A DNA stretch of 64,000 bases from Saccostrea cucullata. Taxonomy: Eukaryota. How positions within the stretch are numbered: position 1 is the stretch's first letter; each line of letters starts with the position of its first letter. The notes below the pieces were generated by a model, which saw only the letters and a program-made list of their open reading frames with translations, searched no databases and was not told the DNA's origin. The stretch is from the NCBI RefSeq assembly GCF_032062105.1, contig NW_026937312.1:372001-436000 (forward strand). Reading direction: 5' to 3'. Positions 1-10,300 of the stretch are shown piece by piece. Both the position numbers and the translations under genes were made by a program.

Positions 1-3000
1 TTGTACAAGAAGACCAAGGCTGGTTTATGAGAGCTGAGGTCATTTGACCTCCACATTGAAAGGTCACTCAAGCATGTTAATGTTGGTCAGCAAAGTGACC
101 ATTGCCGTAAACAAATTGGTTGACCAACATCTAAAAAAATATTAGAATGCATCATATGGGAAAAGGTTGGGCTTCTGTGTTGTTTTCAGAATTGAGTCAG
201 TGAAAAAAGTGAGTGAGTTTGCTTTAAGATTTAGTGTGCATTTGAAAGGAATCCATTTCTGCAAAGACTTGGGTCTCTATGGTGCATACCGGTAATAAAC
301 TGTCATAGACCCTAAGGCTAGTTAGATGTTGTCAGTTGTTTGTATCTATCTGATGAAGGCTCTAGCTTTTAAGTTACAATGTGTATGATTTCAATATTAA
401 ATGAATTCATGTAGTCTTATCTAAAGACATTAAAAATGAGCGATTTAAGACAGATGAATTAAATGATGTTCCAATATATGTAGCCAAGTGAAGGTTGACA
501 ATAAAAGTTATAATCAGAAAGTCCATATAGTGCATGTAATCAGCATGATATTTCCTGGAACTCTTAATAAATAAGTACATCCGTGCAGTCTGGTATGACA
601 TTTTCATGTATATATTATACTCAAAAATAAATTATAATAACATGTATTTTTGAACTTTGAGTCAACATTTAGTGATAAATGATTTCAATTGCTTTAATTT
701 AATGCAAAATGGATTATCACATATTAAATGGTGCATGTGGTTATAGGAAAGGATTGTTTTTCTAATCTTGAGCACTTGAACACTGCTCAGTGTTGACTTT
801 CATGTATATTCGATATTTGGGAATTGTTATTTTAAAATTGGGGAAGATAGCTTAACAGTGCATTAAACATATGGCTTGAGGAAATCCATCAGAACACAAA
901 CTTAATTTGCATTAATAAATGTACTTTGGTTCATCAGGCTTTGTGAAATCTGTGGATTTGCTGAAGGACAAGGTTTGCACCACATGGACACATAAAGCAT
1001 ATAGCTCAGTACTGATCATCTCCAAACTAAGATTTCTGGAAGATTACACAATTCAAGGATAACTCTTCATAGACTAAATTTTATGGTCAACCCAATATCA
1101 TTCGCTATACAGTATGTGCACAATTAAATGAAATTTAAGTTTTAAGATTAATAAACACTGAATATAGCTGTTTGAGATTATATTCAAATACATTAATATG
1201 TGACAAGTGCGATGTGCATCTAATATGTTACACCTTTGCTAATATAACAACATATAATTTAAGTTTACTAGTGACAAATGATATATTTAGCTGGACATCC
1301 CTCATCTCGCCACCACAAGGCATGTAGCGCACAGGTCTGACCAAGTGACCATAAAGGGTCAAACAGAAACCTACTACTCAGACTCTATGTCTGCCTTTAT
1401 ATGTATTTAATGTCTTCTCTAATTGTGAGGGCAATATACCATAAGTCAATGTATAGGCAGAACGGTCTGGTTTCTCCTGAGTCAGCATTATCTATTCTCA
1501 TTGGGGTTTTTTTACCCCTTGAAGTTACAAAATATATGCCGAAGTAAAAGCTTGAGAGGAAATGTTATCATCATATAGGGAGACCCTAAGGATTTTATTC
1601 AGGTTTATTTATTTAATTAAATTCCTTGTTTTTATTTTGTGAACTGTTTTGATCAGTTGTTTTTTATTAGTTTTTGTGACTTTGGGGAATCAGTAAGAAT
1701 CAGTGAATGGATTAAGTATTTATTCTCCAGCACTTCCACTAGTCTCCTAGCTTGATTTGTTGATGCTTCGTGGAAAGAAAAATCGATACCAATAATGTAT
1801 CCTTCCATCACCATTAATATTCTTAATTCCATTACACATAGGATGGCTCTGAAAACATGGCATACAATTAAATAGGTCTTAAAATGTGATTACATCAGGA
1901 ATTCCGTGTCCCCTGGTGCTATAAAATTTCATGACTATAGGATATCCTCTCTAACGGTTATATCTTACAATGCGACAATGAGTTGAGCTAGAGGGAGAAG
2001 AGAGGTAAATACTGATGACATGAGATGATAATGTTATTGGGGCCATCAAACAAATCTCAGCTTTGATACTGCACATGTTACTATATAACATGTAATGATC
2101 AAAGTGTTACCTGACTAGGGGGAGATAATTGTGATTATAGAGGAACACAGCAGGGGGAGAGAAGCCTTGGTGGGCACAACAATAAGGTCATTTTATAACT
2201 GTCAAACTGCCACATTTTACTGTTATAATGCCCATAATTAGTGGAAATTTTTGGCAGACCCAAGGAGAAACCTAGACACATTTTGTGTGCAAGTATGTGC
2301 TAAAGAGAAATTAGGAGAGTTAAAGTCACCCAGATCTTATAAATAAGTCATCTAATGTTCATGGCTGCAATGTCAGCATTTTTTTTTAAAGTTACGTAAC
2401 ACTTAATTTACTTCTCGTGATGTTATTTCCCTGGGAATGTCTCGGGGGATGCTGTTAAAGTTTACAATTAAATTAAAAGTACATAATTAACAGAACCTAA
2501 CATTGGAAGTAATTTCTCAATAACAAAATATAGTCTTTTTACAGCTGTGTATACTATTATAAGTGTTTATGATTACAAACCTAAATAAATATATAAGTTT
2601 ATAATAAACAGCTGGCTAAAGTCTATTGTTAGTTATTTAGCAAAGTTCAGATTGTCAATTTTAGTGAATGGTTTTTGTAAAGATAATAGGTGTATTAAGT
2701 AAATATTGGTTACAAATAGTTTCTGTTGACAAGCTTGTATACAAACATAACACCCTCTGATGCATTGTGCAATATATCTGCTGATAAGGGATGCACGTTT
2801 TCGCAGCATATGTACAGTAACTGTATTTATATATAGATATTGGCATCAATTTTACTGTTCTGAGAAATTCAGCCAAGGTAAGAAGAATATGAACAAAATT
2901 TGGGAAATTTTGTACTATATATATTTTGTACATACATACCGTATATTTTACAGTACATGCTGTTGATTATGCAAATTAACCCATACTAATAGTTTAATTT

Positions 3001-4959
3001 AAAATCCGAAGAAGATATTTGGTCTGATGCAAAGCAATAGTTCAGACATGTTTGTCTTTGCATACTGACACTTGATGCCCAAAGACAATTTTCTTTCTAT
3101 CACAACAGGGTGAAAGGCATATCAATTTTACGTTTATTGGACCTTGAACTCGTAGGTTACAGAATGTTTAACCTTTTAGGGAGTATCCTTGTCAAACGAA
3201 CAAAAAAAACGATCTTTATCCGAATTTGTTTTATAATGCTGATGTAAGGGGAAAAAATCGGTAGAACATTCACATGGCCATTGGCTGCGAAGATCATGTA
3301 GAAAAAAAAACATCCAAAAAAGACGCTTTTAGATGATGGGTGAAAAGTGATGGATCACGATTGTTAGAATGAAGTGTTACAAATAAATTGATTTTCTGGT
3401 CCAGTGAAATTCTGTTCATTTTAGAGAACATTGATCTATTTCGTGAAAATAAATGAATATCAGCAATGTTAGCATAGAAAAGTTTTTAGGCAATACATAC
3501 TGTTTTTTATGTTAGGAAAGTGTCAATAACCAGTGAAAATTGTGTCATGTTTTTTCTAGAATTTAGTTGGCAGGCTTTTTACATGGTATTGTTATATCCC
3601 CTTGTCGTATGTTCTGGGCATATACCCTGAGGCCAGAGAGCTGTTAAACAAAGGATATATCCCACCACAATTCTGAAATAAAGGTCATTAACTTATCATT
3701 ACTGGTCTAAATCAGTGGAAAGTTTCATTTCATTATAGACTTCAAATAATTGAATTAAGTTATTGTTGATTTATTCATATTTTCAAGGGTTTTTATTTTT
3801 TTAGGGGGCACGGGGCATAGTACTTAAATAAAGGTGTACAATACTTCGATGGATGGTGATGTTAAAATTTCTATTTGATGGAGCTGGATCCCAACATTTT
3901 GTTTTTCCATCCTAAACTCTTAACTTGAAAGGGTTTTTTCCACATCACATGGACTCCTGACTGACCACACTTATTTAATCTTGCAAATTAGTTACATTTC
4001 ATTAGAATATTATCAGGCAAGGTTACATGTATAAATATTATTAAAGGACATACAAGAAAAAAAAAATGATCAAGTTAATTGTCCCCCAATAACTTATAGA
4101 TTGTATTATCAGTATGTGCAATTGTAAATGCCTTCAGAGGAGGCTGGAGATTGCTGAGTCCAGTTTGATTGAGTCAGAGTGATGTATAGCTGTACAAGTA
4201 TTTAATGAAACTGCCATCATCTCTGAACCAAGTTCTGTGCTGGACTGCTGGTCATTCATCGATTCCATTTAAATTAGTTCTCTCAGTGCTGGTCATTCAT
4301 TGATTCTTAGAGTAATTCTTTGTTCAGTCTTTGGATTTTCATTCAATTTCTTTCCTGATGCAAGATTTAGAGTAAATGCACATGCCCAAGACTTCAAAGA
4401 GTCAAATTATTATATATTTTTTTAATCATTAAGGTTGACTAGCTTGTTTGATTTCAGATTGGGCCATTGAGTTTTTTTTCTTTTTGGCAAACAAAATAAT
4501 TGGGAAGGGAGGCATTTACTCAGATAGTCTATCTGGCAGTCTGGGAGGAAAATTGGGAAGATGAATTATTTATTTGTGGGAAACACAATTCTTTTTCTTT
4601 CTTCCATTTTGTCTCACACTTCTTCTTAGGACAAAAGACTGAGAAATCAATTTCCATGAGTTATTCACAGCTCTAGTTTTTTTTTTCTCCAAAATTTGAC
4701 ATACAAATGGCAAGAGAGAGGGAGAATGAAATTTATATTTAGGGGGATATTTTTGTCTTCACATAGATATTGTGAATTCTTTCATCAGAAGTCAGGCTGA
4801 TGTATCTGTAAACAGCTAGGTGACCTCCCCAAGCATTCAGGAGGATCTCATGATATCCTCACGATATCCTCACGGCAGAAGCAGGATGATGTCAGGAAAA
4901 CAAACATTTACAGAAATACCAGCATTGTACTTTTCTGACATACTTCTCATAATCATAAT

Positions 4960-5665
4960 ATATTTTATTATATGATCGAATAATTTCCATCTCTCTGATT
5001 GGCTGAGATCCAACTATGTTAGAAAAATACTACGTTGTATTGACCTGCACGTGACGTTCCAGGTCAATACAAGGATTTATTTCCTCTACATTGATCTAAA
5101 AATAGATTGGGAAATTCCAAATTGATGCAAATTGTTTTGGAAAGCTATTTAAACGACTATGATTTTTTTTTTCATGTGAACAAAACATAAACGAATATAT
5201 ATTTTAGGGTGAGGGTGGTAAGAGGGGATGAGGGACCCCCCTCCAACACTTTTACTGAACAACAATTTTTTTTAACTTTTTGGCAGTCATTTTTCCTGAT
5301 AATACTGCTTCCTTTCAAAATCTATCCTATAAAAAATAATGACATCATATTTTTTTTCCCACGGCAACTAAAATTGATAAAAAAAAAAAAAAAAACATTT
5401 CAAATTGATACGACTGGTAAGGTTTATTCACATTTTAATTCTGCTTCTCTCTTGTATTTGGCTAGGACTTAATTAAGTGCAAACAAGTAATGAGCTGTAT
5501 TATTTTATCAGTGAATCATATAATAAAACAATTATTGCTGTTTTTTCGGTCAATACAATGATTTAGCCAGAAGTACAATATTCACCTCGCCCTTCGGGCT
5601 CGGTGAATACTTTTCAGATGGCTAAATCATTGTATTGACCTCAAAAAACAGCAATAATTGTATAT
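4960..5665. mobile_element. Non-autonomous element with a 14-bp subterminal inverted repeat and a terminal hairpin of about 134 bp (Crypton-like architecture, family uncertain)
   Basis: TTTTATTATATGAT (4963-4976) pairs with ATCATATAATAAAA (5515-5528). Long hairpin at 5528-5661. Internal IR GTATTGACCT...AGGTCAATAC at 5037-5070. Confidence 0.55.
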
Positions 5666-6859
5666 ATATTCTGTTTATTGCCCCATTGTAAACAACAAAC
5701 AATACTGAAAATATATGGAATGTTTATTACTTTGTTTGCTTTTGACCTAGGGAATAAAAAAGAGGATTGTTATACATGTACACAAATTAATTTTTAACCA
5801 ATTGACCAAATTCCTTTTTCACTAAATGAATGCAATTTGTATACATGCAGTCATATCTCTTTGTAATAAAATGTGAAAATGTGCTACGATCAGCAATTTA
5901 AAACCCTGAAATAAAGGTTTCTCGTCTATTATGTAAGTATTGTTTGCATTAAGGATAGGGTGAGGCATTAACATCATGATGAATAAGGAAAATTTCATGA
6001 CTTTGTGAAAGTTTCTGACAAATAAGTAAACAGTCCATTTAGCTGGCTGAGAGTTTTGGTTGTTTTAAATAGCAGAATAAATTCTCATTTCCCTTGATAT
6101 GCTGTCTCAAACTTTTAGATATTAAAGTAAATTTATTCTGTTTTCAATACTGTTGCTACATATTATACTGATATAAAGAGAGATTTAATTTAAAAAAAAA
6201 AAGAAGGAATTTCTTATATTTGGGGTGGGGGATATGTTTAATTTTCCCCCAAAATTTATTTTCTTCTTTTAAATTTCAATCTTGAAATAATGCCAATTAC
6301 AGTGGTAAATTGCGTATTTAAAACTATTTTAATATATTGTTCGTATGAAAAAAACAAATAAGACGATGTGGTAAACAGAATAAATATTTTTATCAGTCGG
6401 TGAAGGTCACATATGCAACACACCTCCTTTTTAGCCAATCAAATTTCGTGGTGTAGACAAGCCCACTTCTTACCTTAGCTAAGAAAACATTATGTTTTTC
6501 TTCACTACAGCAAAGCCTCTACAATTTTATATATGTAATATTTGCTTGCTAAATATTATATACATAAAAGGAAAAAAAGTAGACCTAGCGTACTTAATAT
6601 ATTTTTCCCCAACCGTGAAATTAATTTTAAGACGGTCCCTAGATTGCTTCAAACCCTTTACGTCATTTTGATTTTATTTCAATATATATGCAAATTAGGC
6701 AAATGTATAAATAGCTGAGAAAAAGGAAGAAAAATGGTACTTGCAATGACTTCAGAGAAAAAAATCAAACAAATTATTGTTCATTTAATGGAATTAATCT
6801 TGCAAAGCTCATTTTCTTGTGTTATTGCTTCTTGATGAAATGCCGGTATCAAGTGGAAT

Positions 6860-6960
6860 TTTTTTAGACGTGCGTCACATGACTACTGTACGTTTTTTGA
6901 TTGGGTGAACTTTTGACATGGGGTCAGTTGCATAAATTACCATAATAAGTAACATCGCAT
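6860..6960 (+). promoter_or_regulatory. Likely Sestrin proximal promoter
   Basis: GTCACATGAC (CLEAR/M-box-like E-box, 6874-6883) and a reverse CCAAT box (GATTGG, about 6899-6904), 250-280 bp upstream of the ATG at 7152. Confidence 0.45.
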
Positions 6961-7151
6961 GTTATCAGCAGGTTTGCTATGTTATAATGTATTCAGTGAA
7001 GTGTTGTGAACAAGGAACGAACGAATATTAAAAGACAAGTGTTATGGAGAAGAAAAACATGAATTAAAATTTATGTGCAACTGAAAACCTGCTTTAATAG
7101 TTCCTTTGCAAATCTAAATTTTACCATAAATTCTCATGTTATTGAATATCA

Positions 7152-7313
7152 ATGTGGGATTTTACAAACTTGCAATCTTTGGATCTGAATAGCAACTGTG
7201 TGATTGATTCATCGTTTGAAACGGAATCGTCTATGTGTAAGAAGTGTAATAAAAAAGCTCCTGATCCTTGCAGAGGATTGCATGAAAATTATTTGTACAA
7301 TGACAACGAAAAG
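7152..7313 (+). CDS. SESN: Sestrin candidate first coding exon 1a (MWDF...MCKKCNKK...NEK)
   Basis: ATG to AAG|GTACAG, 54 codons, phase 0. Contains a CxxC like the N-termini of vertebrate SESN1/3. CCAAT box and E-box upstream. Confidence 0.65.
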
Positions 7314-10300
7314 GTACAGCAATACTTGACATTTCATTCACATGTTATAATTGAAAATCTGTTTTCTATAGATCTTCCTTTTGAGAAATTTTAATTTAAA
7401 AAAAAAAACTTTGCCTTTAGATACAAATATTTTTATTTTAATGCATGAATTTAATGCCCGAGGTGTATAACAAATTCATAAATCTGACTGTTCACAAAGT
7501 CGTTAATTTTTTTTTATTAAATAAATCTGCCCGACTTAATTTGTCGATATGTTTTGTTTACCTTTGAGACGCTCCCCAATATGCTAGTCTCGTTTTGGAA
7601 AGGTCACGGAAGAAAAATGTGCCACTCAGCTGTTTTTATGGGTTAGAGCAAGAATAGACAGACGACAGGCGAAATCTGTAAAAATTTTAATCAGAAAACG
7701 TTTTTAATGCTATATTTGACTGGTTTAGAGTATGGTACACCTGGAATTTGTTTCTTCGGGAAGCTATAACGTTTACAATGGCGTAAGTCTGTGTAGGAAG
7801 TGTGGTTTGTTGGTTTATTTTAGCCGGAATCGAGTCCTTTGTTTCGATCTGTCAGGTGTTCTGGTCATCTGTCACACAATGGTTGCTAAAAAAAAAAATC
7901 AAAACTCTCGCTTAAAATTCAGCAGTAATCTAATATTCTTTTTAACATTTTTCCTCATAATTAGCCCTCATCTTTGAATTAAAAAAAAGAACATTTGTGG
8001 CATTGTAAACTGTTTGGAAAAAAAAGATTGAAATAGACTACCCCTATGGGGTTTTTCCATTCAAAATTATACATGATGTATTTGCAAGATTTTCAGTATT
8101 ATTTTATTTTTCAGATTGTACCAGTGTCTACATCTGAAGACCAGGTAATTACTTTATTTTCTCTTGTGGTATGTAAATGTTAGAAAATTAAAAAACAAAT
8201 TGAAAATTTAATATTTTATTCATATTTGATTTTATTAATAGCTATAGACTAAAACTGTTAGATAAATTAAGGCAATAGAAGGGTTATTGAGGCACATAAA
8301 TAAAATAATCAAAAGTTCTTTACTTCTTAAAAAAATTAAAGGATAAAAATAATAATTTGAGGATATCAAAATCTGGTTTAATTAAGTGTCCTCATTTGCT
8401 CTGTATGTCAAGTAAATTGTTTTTATATAAAGTTATGCATGAAGTTTTTGTTTGTTTGTATTGTATTACAAGACACATAATCCTGTAAGACGCAATCATA
8501 AATCCATTCAGGTCATTTAATTGATTCCGTCTATTTAAATGAAATGTTTGCCAAAACCTTCCTTGACTAAATCTATTAAGGACATGGGTCCTTAAATTTA
8601 TTGTGATTGTGAAGCTAACATGCTGATGCAATCCCACTCGCGTCTATAGTGTGAATGATGCAACCCTGCTTTCCTGTATATCAGTATTGTGTCCAGGGTT
8701 GGGGTAGCATTTTATTAAAGTCAGTCTAGAAATGAGGATAGGTGTTGGGATAACTGATAGGAAAAGTCGAAAGAAAATGAAGGGGGGAGGTGATAGCCCG
8801 AGTGTGGACAGTTTATCTTTATTGGAATGTTTGAGGACTATCTTGTCAGAGGTATGACTGATAAGTGATTGTAGTATATATATGGTGTTCGACAGTCCTT
8901 GGTATTTTATGCTGAGTAATTCTGGCTATCGGAATAGACTCAGATGTTAAAGAATAAATGTGAACAAGAAAGAATAACAGACAAATAGAGATAAAAACTT
9001 AAAATTATATTTTTTGTTTTAATTTTTTTTTTTTAGAAAAATATTTAAAAGCAGATTTCAGCTAAATCTATTTTCTCATTTTTCTCCTTTTTTCATGATC
9101 AGCATGTTGAATTTATTGTAATGTAGCATGTTTAATGCTTTGAAAAAAAGATTGTATTTTTGACCAAGTACTGATACATTTTAAGGAACATTAAATTAAT
9201 TCTATTTTTAAAAGTCAAATCTACAAATAGCTGTATTTCTGTAACTCCAGAATTTTGTATTATTTAAAAACTGTAACAATGTTTACTTAACATGTTCAAA
9301 ACTTTTTGATGTTAAAATGCCTTGTACTTTTAAATTATAGAATGACTAGACAGTTTTATGTAAAGTTTTCAAAAGAGGGATTAGCAGTTAATTTCCTATA
9401 AAATAATAAAGATAGTTTTATAATGTAGTGTTGTGAGGCAGAAGGGTTTGTTTGTACAGTTAGCTGGGAGGCAGGTGTTATGTCACAAAGATAAAATATT
9501 TTCATTACGTCCTTGAAGTCTGTCCACAAAGTGACCAGTAGATATTGTTAGAGTTAGATAATGAAACACTTCAAAAGTTGTAAATGGGCTGCCTATATTG
9601 ACACTGTCTGAAGAAATGAAAGAGAAAAAGAATACAAGGGGCTATATGATATATCACCAAGTTTTATAATCTTCCTGTTTAAAATTTTTTTTATGGTCAT
9701 TTTTTAAAGTCATGGGTGTCATCATTTTTTTTTTTCAAATTTAATTTCTATTTAATGAAAAAAAAAAAAATTAAACTTACTAGACTTTTTATAATAAAGG
9801 CAATTTTTTAATGGCTAACAACCGTTTTACTAGTAAATGAAGTTTTTTTTTTTAAAAAAAACATTCAATTCATATTTTAAAAAAATATTATATTTTTTAA
9901 AAATACTTTGTCATTTATGTTTACCAACTATTGCACAATAAAGAAGCTTGATCTTTGTAAAACCATTAGAATAGGGATTAGTAAAGATAATCTCTGATGT
10001 AGATCTCAGTGGAAATATTCACCTGTGATCTATTGTATAATTACCTGTTTCTAACAATACTATGCCATGTCATTACCCATGACAAGTTTCAACACGTTTA
10101 GCAATTAAGAGTTTAAAAAAAAAAAGGGGGGGGGGGAGAAAGTTCATCTACACAGAGAAAGTTTATCGATCTACACATTCTTTCTCTCTAAATTCTTCCC
10201 TCAATTTGAATTGTAAAAAAGTCTTTGTCTACATGGGACAAACTGTCAGCAATATTTTTAGAAAAGAACATTCATTTGCATATTAATTAACATACATAAG

